Part shown: positions 10,930 through 20,159 of the stretch, piece by piece
Layout of the letters: each line of letters starts with the position of its first letter
Numbering within the stretch: the first letter of the stretch is position 1
Source: an uncultured Verrucomicrobiae bacterium
Lineage (GTDB): Bacteria; Verrucomicrobiota; Verrucomicrobiia; Limisphaerales; Palsa-1400
Direction of reading: 5' to 3'
NCBI GenBank assembly: GCA_963707025.1
Contig: CAVPOM010000006.1
Location: forward strand, 672,001 to 736,000
Length of the DNA stretch: 64,000 nt
Notes under the pieces: model-generated
Told to the model about the DNA's origin: nothing
The model's database searches: none
Seen by the model: the letters and a program-made list of their open reading frames with translations, nothing else
Made by a program: the position numbers and the translations under genes

Positions 10930-12084
10930 ATGAGCCAGACGCCCTTTCCAGACAGATTAGATCGCATGGCCAACCGCGCGCTGATCATCCTTTTCCTGGC
11001 GCTGCTTTGGCTGCCGACGCTCGACTCCCTCTGGCATCTGGACCGATGCCCGCCGCCAAATGAAAAGCGCAAACTGGCGGATTTCCCGGACTATAAAGGC
11101 CCGAAGAACGCCGGGGCGTATGTGGCCTCGTTGGAGCGATACTTTGACGACCATTTTGGTTTTCGCAAGCAACTGGTGCGCTGGAATAACGACTGGAAGA
11201 TTAAGATCTTTCACGAACCACTGATCGGCCTGGCCCTGCAAGGGCGCGCTGGCTGGCTCTACTGGGCAGGAGACCGCATGCTGGCCAATTACGAGGGAAC
11301 ACTGCGCTTCACCCAACAGGATTTGGAAGACTGGCAGAAACTTCTGGAAACCAGGCGCGACTGGCTTAAAGCGCGCGGGCATAAATATGTTTTCGTCATC
11401 GCCCCCGACAAACAATCCATTTATCCGGAGTATCTCCCGGAATGGGTGGTAAGAAGCGGCCAACCCTCCAAATTGGACCAACTCCTCGCCTACATGCGCG
11501 CGCACTCCACCGTGGAAGTGCTCGACTTGCGCCCCGTCCTCACAGCCGCCAAAAAAGACGGGCCGACCTTCCTGCAAACCGACACGCACTGGAACCAATT
11601 CGGCGCCTTTGTCGCCTGCCAGCAATTGGTCCTGACTCTGCAACGTCAATTGCCCGGAATGAAACCGCTGCCATTGGACGCGTTTGACCGTAAGAACATC
11701 GTCGGCCGGGGTGGTGATCTGGCGGTCTGCCTCGAACAGGAAGATGTGATTCAGGAAACTCAAGAGGTGGTTTTCACACCGCGCTGGCCCTTGTCTCCAT
11801 TGCGGCCAGTCAACGCCGGATCCATTGGCCAACCGCCGGGAACAGCCGTGGTCCTCACCCGAAACCCCAACGCCGTTGGCAAAGTTATCTTGTTTCGAGA
11901 CTCTTTTGCCGAGGCGTGGCTGCCCTTTTTGGGTTATCACTTCAATGAAGCGATATACCTGCGGCAAGAAGGATGGAACAAGCAATTCCTCGAGAGGGAA
12001 GAACCTGACGTCGTCATAGACGAAATGGTGGAACGGCTGTTCAACAATCAAAATCCCAGGAAGTTGCTCCAATCGGATGGTTAA
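10930..12084 (+). CDS. AlgJ/AlgX-family SGNH-like acetyltransferase
   Basis: N-terminal TM, DHFGFR, APDKQSIYPEYLP, TDTHWN, FRDSF; directly downstream of the MBOAT gene. Confidence 0.85.
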   Translation: MSQTPFPDRLDRMANRALIILFLALLWLPTLDSLWHLDRCPPPNEKRKLADFPDYKGPKNAGAYVASLERYFDDHFGFRKQLVRWNNDWKIKIFHEPLIGLALQGRAGWLYWAGDRMLANYEGTLRFTQQDLEDWQKLLETRRDWLKARGHKYVFVIAPDKQSIYPEYLPEWVVRSGQPSKLDQLLAYMRAHSTVEVLDLRPVLTAAKKDGPTFLQTDTHWNQFGAFVACQQLVLTLQRQLPGMKPLPLDAFDRKNIVGRGGDLAVCLEQEDVIQETQEVVFTPRWPLSPLRPVNAGSIGQPPGTAVVLTRNPNAVGKVILFRDSFAEAWLPFLGYHFNEAIYLRQEGWNKQFLEREEPDVVIDEMVERLFNNQNPRKLLQSDG

Positions 12085-12137
12085 CCTGAAGGAAGGAGAC
12101 GCACATGGTCAGTGCCGCAGACTCCAAACCCAGGCAC

Positions 12138-12362
12138 TCACTCCCGGCTTTTCGAATCCAGGAGGATGGTCACAGGGCCGTCGTTGGTCAGACTGACCTT
12201 CATGTCCGCGCCAAATTGGCCCGTTTGAATGCTCCTTCCCAAATCTGCCGTCAACTGGCGGATGAATTCCTCGTAAAGCGGAACCGCCAACTCCGGGCGG
12301 GCCGACCGGCTGAAGGAAGGGCGGTTGCCCTTCTTCGTGCTGGCCAAAAGGGTGAACTGGGC
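12138..12362 (-). pseudogene. dtd: 5'-truncated D-aminoacyl-tRNA deacylase
   Basis: [16 protein letters not shown]...[24 protein letters not shown] is the C-terminal half of Dtd; the N-terminal half is absent and SQFTL reads AQFTL. Confidence 0.85.
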
Positions 12363-12547
12363 GGATCGTGATACCACCACCGCGCGAATTGACAATTTCC
12401 TCGCCGCACGAAGTGGGGAAAGGCTTGCGGCCCGGTTGGCTTGACGCACTCCAATGCTCTCATCAGAAATCCTCTCTGTTTCCGCTGTTTTCGGTTCATC
12501 CCGTCTGTTGTTCTTGGGTTATTGGTGCAGAGTGAGGTGCATTTTAG

Positions 12548-12638
12548 CCGTTACACCGTTACACCTGTTGCACCACAAGCACTTACGCATTTTCGAGCCG
12601 TTACAATGGCCGTTACACCCCCGTTACATGCCGTTACA
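12548..12638 (+). repeat. Cluster of six direct CCGTTACA octamers
   Basis: Exact copies at 12548, 12556, 12598, 12610, 12621 and 12631, plus a degenerate CTGTTGCA at 12565. Confidence 0.85.
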
Positions 12639-12778
12639 TCTGCGGAGGTGTTAAAACAGCCATTCTTTGTACCATATTATCGGTAACACCTTCCAGCGCT
12701 GGCGTTTCCATGATGACGGCCATGCGGCGCCCGTACTGCCGGGGCACTGGCCCGGCAGAAGATCGCGTCCGCCTCCTG

Positions 12779-12830
12779 TTCCCTCTCCGCTCCCATCGGA
12801 TGGGAGGGGAGAGGGAACAGGGTGAGGTGA
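12779..12830. repeat. REP-like palindrome (CCCTCTCC...GGAGAGGG family)
   Basis: TTCCCTCTCCgCTCCCAT-cgg-ATGGGAGgGGAGAGGGAA followed by a GGGTGAGG tail. Confidence 0.7.
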
Positions 12831-13198
12831 GGGTTCACGGAAGAGAACCTGTCCTCCCTTCTGGCTGCCGTCCCACCATCCAGGGATTTAAAGCCCAAAG
12901 AACCCTTCCCGCAGCGCGGCCAGTCGCAACCAAAGAAGTTGAACAGGAGCAAACGGAGAAAGCGGAGAAGGAAAAATTTTGCCAGAAATGCGCAATTCTT
13001 AGACAGCAGGGCAGAGGGTTGCGCCGCCGTGGATATTTCCGAAATGACTTCCGGGGGCAAATCGCCTGTGTCGCGCCCAGACACCCATCGCCCCACAGCC
13101 GACATGCCAGCGAAGGCCGGAGACGGTTGCAGCACCGACTGACAAATCCGTAAGAAAGCTTCCATTTCAGCAAACAACGATGTAAAAACCATCCAAAC

Positions 13199-16100
13199 AT
13201 GCCAAAACACGATTCACTGGACCAATTGATTTCAAGGAAAGCGGCCGAATATGCCGACCAAATCAAGGCGGCGGCGGCGATGGCAGCCAACGAGGAGGAA
13301 ATTCGCATCGAATCGGAGAGGCAGTTGGCCTTCATTGAAAAGGCGGCTGACGTTAAGCTGGAGGGCCGGCACGAGTTCACCGTTGCAAGCGGACGCATTG
13401 ATTCGGTTTACTCCCGTGTCATCATTGAATACAAGAATCCCAAAAGTCCGGGTGATCGCATCGGGCCGAAGGCGGACTCGCCGGGCAGCAAGAAGGTCGT
13501 CGAGCAGATCAAAAAGCGGTTTTACGACTTGCGGGCACAGCACGGCCAACCGATGAATTCACTTTTCGGCGTCGGCCTGGATGGGAATCACTTCATCTTC
13601 GTCCGCTTCCGGGACGAGAAGTGGCAAGTGCAAGAGCCGGTCGAGGTCAATCGCCATTCCGCCGAGCGTTTCCTTTGGGCGCTGTTCAACCTCGGTAACA
13701 AGGGCAAGGCGTTCACGGCGGAATATCTTGCGGGGGACTTTGGGTCGGAAGGCGGCAATACTGTCGCCATCGCTGGAATTCACGCGCTCTACCGTGCCAT
13801 CATTACCACGGACAATCCGAAGGCGCAGACATTCTTCAGCCAGTGGAAAATTCTTTTCGGTGAAGTTTGTGGATACGACGTGGAGAACCCTTCCGACAAA
13901 ATCAAGAAGCTCGCGGAGTTCTATCAGGTGGGTGTGAAAAACCTGAAACCAGCCGAACTGCTCTTTGCGGTTCACACTTACTACGCCCTGTTTATGAAGT
14001 TGCTGGCATCGGAAATCGTCGCTTTTTTTCACAAGCTGCCGACGCCGTTGCAGAAAATGATGCAGGCCGGTACGAGCGCCAAGCTCAAGCGCGAGATGGA
14101 CGACCTCGAAGCTGGCAGTATCTTCCGCCACCTCAACATCACCAACTTTCTGGAAGGCGACCTCTTCGCATGGTATACTGGCGTTTGGACGGAGCCGATC
14201 GAGAAACTCGTGCGCGCAATGGTGGCGCGGCTGGACAACTATAATCCAGGCACGCTCTCGGAAGACCCTGCGGATAGTCGCGATTTGCTCAAAAAACTTT
14301 ACCAGCAACTTTTTCCCAAGAGCGTCCGCCACGACCTCGGAGAATACTACACGCCCGACTGGCTCGCTGAACACGTCCTCAATGAACTCAGGTACACGGG
14401 GGACCCCGACAAACGATTGCTTGATCCCGCTGGTGGTTCGGGAACTTTTGTTGTGATGGCTATCAACCGCATCCGGCGATGGTATGACCTTAACCGGGAG
14501 AAATGCCGCTTCGACGAAGGCGAACTCTGCCGGAAGATTCTCGCAAACGTCATGGCCTTCGACCTCAATCCGCTCGCGGTGATGGCCTCGCGTACCAACT
14601 ACCTCATTGCTATTCGCGACCTCATTGGCCGCGTGGATAAAGTGGAGATTCCGGTTTACCTATGCGATTCGATTATGACCCCCTCTGAATACGGTGGCTT
14701 GTTCGTCGGCGGCTTGGGCAAAGCCAGAAAGTTGAAGACTGCGCCGACGACCTTCATCATTCCGACCGAGATTGCCACGAATCGCGACGATGTTTCGATG
14801 TATGCCGATCAATTAGAGTCTAGCGTTCGCAACGGCGATTCGCCAGAGGAGTTCATTCAGCGCTGCCGCGACGAGGGACTTCCAATCAGCGAACATACCC
14901 TTCACACCAGGCTATATTGCGAGCTAGTGAAGCTGGACAAGGCAAACAAAAACGGAGTGTGGGCACGGATTATTAAGAATGCGTTTGCGCCCCTATTTAT
15001 CGGCAAGGTTGATTATGTCGCCGGGAATCCTCCTTGGGTAAATTGGGAGAGCCTTCCCGCCGAATATCGGGAAGCCACAAAACCGTTGTGGACTCGGTAT
15101 GGTCTTTTCACGTTGAAGGGACACGCAGCTCGACTTGGGGGTGGTAAAAAGGACATCTCAATGCTTTTTGTTTACCTCTGTCTTGACAACTATCTCGTAG
15201 AGTCGGGCCTGCTGGGATTCGTTATCACTCAAACGCTCTTCAAGACACGTGAGGCAGGGGATGGATTCAGGAATTTCTCCTTTCACCGAGACGGAAAGAT
15301 CATTCACATCAACCCGGTCAACGTCATAGACATGACGGAACTGCATCCGTTCGAGGGAGCGACGAACCGAACTGCGAGCTTTCTTTGCGGGACTTCGGCA
15401 ACTGCGACCGTCTGGCCGGTGAAATACGAAACTTGGTCGCCGAAGGCGGGGGCGAGAATCAGCGAAAGTTCAGATTTCGAAGATGTCAGTCGCTCTGTCA
15501 CGAGACGGCGGATGGGTGCAATTCCTATGCTTCCGGGAATCATAAATTCAGCCTGGTTGACAGCTCCACCCAAGGCGATCCCCGGACTGAAAAAGGTCAT
15601 GGGCAAGAGTCATATAAAGGCACATGCCGGTGTCTGCACGTGGATGAACGGCGTTTTCTGGCTTAAATCTGTGACTCCTATTCGGCCGGGTTGCGTGCGC
15701 ATTCTCAATTGGCACGATGTAGGGAAGATCAAAGTGGATTCAGTTGACACCGTTGTCGAGGCGGATTTGATTTACCCCCTTCTTCGTGGGCGCGATGTGC
15801 ATCGCTGGGTGAGCAAACCTTCCACTCACATCCTTTTGACCCAAGACCCCACGACGCGCAGCGGCATCGCGCAAAGCGAAATGAAGAATAGATTTCGCCT
15901 CTCTCATGAGTATTTGCTCAAGTTTGAGTCAATTCTGCGCAGGCGATCTGGATATGTGAAGTACTTCGATCCGAAGAAAGACCCCTTTTGGACGATCTAT
16001 AATGTGGGAGAGTATTCGGTTTCTCCGTACCGTGTCCTGTTCAAGGAACTAACAGACTTCTTCCAATGTGCGGTTGTTGAATCCAGCAAAAAACCCGCCG

Positions 16101-16501
16101 TCGCCGACACGAAGTTGCGCTTCATTGAGTGCGGGTCATCGGAGGAAGCCCATTTTCTTTGCGGGCTGCTGAATTCCGCGCCTGCCGTGCTGTTCCTGTA
16201 TTGCACGGCCACATGGGTTCAAACAGCCGATTATCAAGCCAGCGATATTTCGCGGCTGGCGCTGCCCAGATTCGCACAGTCAAACAAGCTCCACACTCAA
16301 ATCTGCCGTTGCTCCGAGGAGTGCCACAAGGTGGTAGCCCAGGGAAATCGCTCAGAGCTTGAGAAGTTTGAGCGCAAGTTAGATGAGGCGGCGGCTCAAC
16401 TTTGGGGCATCACTAAAGACGAACTTAACGGCATCGAGGAATCGCTTGCCAATTTTGGATTTTCCGCCAATTACGAGGATGATGAAGAGGACGACGAATA
16501 A
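13199..16501 (+). CDS. Type IIG/Eco57I-like fused restriction endonuclease-N6-adenine methyltransferase with C-terminal target-recognition region
   Basis: N-terminal PD-(D/E)xK-like RIDSVY...IIEYK; GEYYTP; motif I LLDPAGGSGTF; motif IV GNPPW. Confidence 0.85.
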   Translation: MPKHDSLDQLISRKAAEYADQIKAAAAMAANEEEIRIESERQLAFIEKAADVKLEGRHEFTVASGRIDSVYSRVIIEYKNPKSPGDRIGPKADSPGSKKVVEQIKKRFYDLRAQHGQPMNSLFGVGLDGNHFIFVRFRDEKWQVQEPVEVNRHSAERFLWALFNLGNKGKAFTAEYLAGDFGSEGGNTVAIAGIHALYRAIITTDNPKAQTFFSQWKILFGEVCGYDVENPSDKIKKLAEFYQVGVKNLKPAELLFAVHTYYALFMKLLASEIVAFFHKLPTPLQKMMQAGTSAKLKREMDDLEAGSIFRHLNITNFLEGDLFAWYTGVWTEPIEKLVRAMVARLDNYNPGTLSEDPADSRDLLKKLYQQLFPKSVRHDLGEYYTPDWLAEHVLNELRYTGDPDKRLLDPAGGSGTFVVMAINRIRRWYDLNREKCRFDEGELCRKILANVMAFDLNPLAVMASRTNYLIAIRDLIGRVDKVEIPVYLCDSIMTPSEYGGLFVGGLGKARKLKTAPTTFIIPTEIATNRDDVSMYADQLESSVRNGDSPEEFIQRCRDEGLPISEHTLHTRLYCELVKLDKANKNGVWARIIKNAFAPLFIGKVDYVAGNPPWVNWESLPAEYREATKPLWTRYGLFTLKGHAARLGGGKKDISMLFVYLCLDNYLVESGLLGFVITQTLFKTREAGDGFRNFSFHRDGKIIHINPVNVIDMTELHPFEGATNRTASFLCGTSATATVWPVKYETWSPKAGARISESSDFEDVSRSVTRRRMGAIPMLPGIINSAWLTAPPKAIPGLKKVMGKSHIKAHAGVCTWMNGVFWLKSVTPIRPGCVRILNWHDVGKIKVDSVDTVVEADLIYPLLRGRDVHRWVSKPSTHILLTQDPTTRSGIAQSEMKNRFRLSHEYLLKFESILRRRSGYVKYFDPKKDPFWTIYNVGEYSVSPYRVLFKELTDFFQCAVVESSKKPAVADTKLRFIECGSSEEAHFLCGLLNSAPAVLFLYCTATWVQTADYQASDISRLALPRFAQSNKLHTQICRCSEECHKVVAQGNRSELEKFERKLDEAAAQLWGITKDELNGIEESLANFGFSANYEDDEEDDE

Positions 16502-19500
16502 TGCTCCGTGTTGATTACATTGACAACTTTGAAACCAAAGCGCTCGATGCCATTCGCGATTTATCGGCCGAGGCCGAGCGTGTGGACATTGCGGTGGCGT
16601 TCCTGTCGTACCGAGGTTGGATTGAACTCAAACCCACTTTGACGGCGGTGGTGTCGCGCGGTGGACGGCTTCGTGTCATCGTGCGGCGCGACGTGCGGCA
16701 GAACAGCGCGGAGGCGGTCGAAGAATTCTTTCGGTTGCCCAACACGCAGATTGCCTTTGGGTTGGAGGACGTGGCGTTTCATCCCAAGGATTACCTTTTT
16801 CACGAAGGTAAACGCCTGACGGTGCTGACTTCTTCCGCCAACGCGACTTATGCGGGGCTGACCCACAACGATGAGGGCGGGGCAATCATTAGGCACGCCG
16901 AAATCGCGACTGATGAAGCGGCGCAGAAGGCCATCGGCATTTTTGAGCGCCGCTGGCACAATGCTACGCTCCTGAATGAGAAGGTGTTAGCCGCGTTCAA
17001 GACGGAGGCTATTGCACCTGCGTTTGCCGAAGGCGAATTTGTTCGCAGCACAAACGAGCTCTACAAGGAATACGGCATCGGCCGCATTCAAAAGGCGCGC
17101 GGGGCGCAGGCGAAGGTGGAGTTTAATCCTTCGGTGTTCATGCCGCCGCCGTACCGCTCGGAAAACAAAATCCTGCATCTGGCGGAGATTGAACACGTCG
17201 AAACGCCGTTGGACCGGGCGGCGCGTGGCCAGTGGGACGAGCCCTGGCGGTTCGAGTTGAAGATGCTGGCGGCACGGTTTCTGACGGGCAACAAGGGAGG
17301 CCAGCTTTCCAACGCCCGCACGGAGATTCTGCCGCACCAGATTTTTGCGGCGTACCGGGTGGTTTCCAGCGCGCGGCGGCGTTTCCTCTTGGCGGATGAA
17401 GTCGGCTTGGGCAAGACAATTGAGGCGGGAATGATCTGGCAGGCATTGTCGCAGCGCGGGCAGGCCCGGCGGACGTTGATCATTACGCCGGCGGGTTTGA
17501 CGACGCAGTGGCAGGAGGAAATGCAGGACAAGTTCGATACGGTGTTTCAAATCTTTGGCCGTGATTTCGCAGCCATCAATCCGCGCATCTGGGATTTCCA
17601 GGCGACGGCCATCGCTTCCATTGACACCCTCAAGCGGGCCGAGCACAAGAGGGTGTTGTTGGAAAACCGCAAGTGGGACTTGATAATCTTTGACGAAGCG
17701 CACCGTCTCAGCGCGGTGGACTATGGTTCGGGGAAGACCGAGAAGACGCAAAACTACCGCCTGGCAGAGGAAGTGAGCCAGAAACACTACTCGGATGCGT
17801 TACTGCTCCTCACAGCGACACCGCATCAGGGCGAGGAGAACAATAGCCGTTTCAAGAACCTCGTTTCGCTGCTGGAGGAAAATGTTAATTTCGCCGGGCT
17901 GGAAGAGGCCGGTCTTTTCGATAAGAGCGGACTGCCGTTCACGGAATTGGTCATACGCACGCCAAAGAAGGACGTGACGGACGCGAACGGACGGAAAGTA
18001 TTCAAGGGGCGGCAGACACACCGGCTGCCTTTCAAGATGCATCCTGACGAGGAAAAGTTTTACAAGGCCGTTTCAGAGTACATCCGCGACGGCTACCAAA
18101 TGTTGGAGCGTGTGAATGATCCGATGCGCCGACGCGCCGCTGGATTTTTGTTGACCACTTTTCAGAAGCTCAATGCCAGTTCCACGGCAGCCATCAAGTC
18201 TGCCTTGTCAAAGCGGCTTGGCCGACTCAAGGGCCAACTGGCCAAGCTGCCGCCTCAAGAAGAGGAGGAAGAAAAGGAGCAGGACGAGCGGTACGAGGGG
18301 GAAAATGAAGAGAAGGAGGCATTACAAGACGACACCGCGATTTTGAAAGATGAGATTGAGCGGGTGGAATCGCTGGTTGCAATCAACACCAAACACGACA
18401 AGAAGCTCGACGAATTGATGCGTTTGACTGACCACATCGCGACGGAAAGCCCCCGCGCACGCGAGGAAAAGGTTCTCATCTTCACAGAATACCGCGAGAC
18501 GCAGCGCTACATCGTGCGAGAGTTGGAGGCCAAGTATGGCAAAGGCTCGGTGGTCGTCATCCACGGAGACATGAAATTGGAGCGGCGCGAAGAAGCCGAC
18601 ATGGAAGCCGAAGCGGTCTGGCAACCATTTGCCAAGGACGGCGCGTTGGTTGCGCCAACCACCAAGCGGACGAGCCAGCGGTTGTTCCGCGATCATGCTG
18701 AAGTGCGTTTCTTGGTTTCGACAGAGGCCGGCGGGGAAGGCATCAACCTACAGTTCTGCCACATTTGCGTGAACTATGACCTTCCGTGGAACCCGATGCG
18801 GGTCGAGCAGCGTGTCGGGCGAATTTACCGATATGGGCAGGATAAGGTCGTGCAAGTGTATCACTTCTTTAACAAGGGCACGGTTGAAGAAAAGGTACAA
18901 TCGTATTTTGAGGAACGATTGGACCGCGCCGCGATTGCACTGGCCAAGGTGACAGGCGAGAACCCGGAAGAAATCAAGGGCACATTGAACGGCCAACTCG
19001 AAAGCGAAATTGACCCGACCAGGATTTACAAACGGGCGCTGGTGGAAGGAAACCTGAACAAGCAAACCCAGAAGGAAATCGCGGAAGCGGTCGAGCGTGC
19101 CAAGCGCGCTTTCGAGATTGCCACGCAAAGCCTGTTCCGCGATGTGTCGAGCTATTCGTTCGACAACTACCGGCGTGAAATTGCCACGGAACTCACACTC
19201 AACGATTTACAGCGCTTCACCGAGCGTTTTCTCGGAAAGCATCGCCGCCAACTCCAAGCCAGGGGGCCGTTTGTCGAGTTTATAGTTCCAGACGTATTGA
19301 GAGAATTCGACCTTCCCGAACGCTACCAGGAGGCGACCTTTGACCGAGAACTGGCGATCAAGCGCACGGACGCGCAGTTCATGGCCGTCGGCCATCCGTT
19401 CGTTGACGCGACCCTCTCGTATGTCGGCTCCTATGACTTCGGCGGCCTGACAGCAATCCGCCAGATCAACGAACCGGCCCTGGCCGGCCGCTCCGGTTAT

Positions 19501-19788
19501 CTCTTTGCGTTTGTTTTGCTCCAACGCGTGAACCGCGAAGATGGCGACGAATGTCTTTTTCAATTCCAGCCTGTCTTTGTATCCGCCGATGGACAAGTTG
19601 ACAAATCCGCGCTCGCGGCGGCGGTGGCGATGGAAGCTGCCGAGAGGCCAACATCGAAAATATCCCCGCCTGATCCATCACCCGCATTTGAAATCGCCAA
19701 GCGCCACATCGAAGAAACGCTCAATCTGTGGGATTGGACTGAGGAAGTGGAATTCCTCGGATTGAGTTGGGTTGAGTTTGTCCGATAA
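16501..19788 (+). CDS. PLD-family nuclease fused to a SNF2/RapA-like helicase
   Basis: DIAVAFLS, FHPKDYLF, SSANATYAG (single HxK PLD domain); LPHQ, LADEVGLGKTIEAG, DEAHRL, LTATP, STEAGGEGINLQ, DLPWNPMRVEQRVGR; TAATG overlap with the upstream gene. Confidence 0.88.
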   Translation: MLRVDYIDNFETKALDAIRDLSAEAERVDIAVAFLSYRGWIELKPTLTAVVSRGGRLRVIVRRDVRQNSAEAVEEFFRLPNTQIAFGLEDVAFHPKDYLFHEGKRLTVLTSSANATYAGLTHNDEGGAIIRHAEIATDEAAQKAIGIFERRWHNATLLNEKVLAAFKTEAIAPAFAEGEFVRSTNELYKEYGIGRIQKARGAQAKVEFNPSVFMPPPYRSENKILHLAEIEHVETPLDRAARGQWDEPWRFELKMLAARFLTGNKGGQLSNARTEILPHQIFAAYRVVSSARRRFLLADEVGLGKTIEAGMIWQALSQRGQARRTLIITPAGLTTQWQEEMQDKFDTVFQIFGRDFAAINPRIWDFQATAIASIDTLKRAEHKRVLLENRKWDLIIFDEAHRLSAVDYGSGKTEKTQNYRLAEEVSQKHYSDALLLLTATPHQGEENNSRFKNLVSLLEENVNFAGLEEAGLFDKSGLPFTELVIRTPKKDVTDANGRKVFKGRQTHRLPFKMHPDEEKFYKAVSEYIRDGYQMLERVNDPMRRRAAGFLLTTFQKLNASSTAAIKSALSKRLGRLKGQLAKLPPQEEEEEKEQDERYEGENEEKEALQDDTAILKDEIERVESLVAINTKHDKKLDELMRLTDHIATESPRAREEKVLIFTEYRETQRYIVRELEAKYGKGSVVVIHGDMKLERREEADMEAEAVWQPFAKDGALVAPTTKRTSQRLFRDHAEVRFLVSTEAGGEGINLQFCHICVNYDLPWNPMRVEQRVGRIYRYGQDKVVQVYHFFNKGTVEEKVQSYFEERLDRAAIALAKVTGENPEEIKGTLNGQLESEIDPTRIYKRALVEGNLNKQTQKEIAEAVERAKRAFEIATQSLFRDVSSYSFDNYRREIATELTLNDLQRFTERFLGKHRRQLQARGPFVEFIVPDVLREFDLPERYQEATFDRELAIKRTDAQFMAVGHPFVDATLSYVGSYDFGGLTAIRQINEPALAGRSGYLFAFVLLQRVNREDGDECLFQFQPVFVSADGQVDKSALAAAVAMEAAERPTSKISPPDPSPAFEIAKRHIEETLNLWDWTEEVEFLGLSWVEFVR

Positions 19789-19944
19789 AAGGGTCTAAAA
19801 GGGGAAAATGGGTCGTACGGTAGCTTTGTCCATTCAGAAGCCTGCTTTGCCGAGAATGAGCCGTTTGATTGCACTTGAAAGGCTATCCTCGTCCGCTAAA
19901 GCAATTTCATGAAAACTGTGGCCGCACGGAAGCCGACCGAAAGG

Positions 19945-19985
19945 CCTCCTCTCCCCGGCCCTCTCCTCCCGTGGAGGAGAGGGAG
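19945..19985. repeat. REP-like palindrome (CCCTCTCC...GGAGAGGG family)
   Basis: CCCTCTCCTCC-cgt-GGAGGAGAGGG preceded by CCTCTCCCCGG. Confidence 0.7.
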
Positions 19986-20159
19986 AATTGGAGGAATTCA
20001 GCGCTGCGCGGAGATGAAAGGCTCGTCCTCACGCCCTCCTTGGCCAAGGCTTGCGCCTTCGCCGGGCCTTCCAAGGAGCCCGGATGGGAGGGATGGGACA
20101 TATAGGACCAATGGGACGAATGGCACAGTTGGTATCTTCCAAAATCCGGCGGCACAAGT

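Noticed and set aside
12548..12638. CRISPR array
   Set aside because: Repeats are 8 bp with mostly 0-4 bp gaps; no cas genes; no 25-45 bp repeat/spacer array was seen anywhere in the window
12677..13153. ORFs upstream of the RM gene
   Set aside because: They translate REP-like and low-complexity repeats; no coding signal
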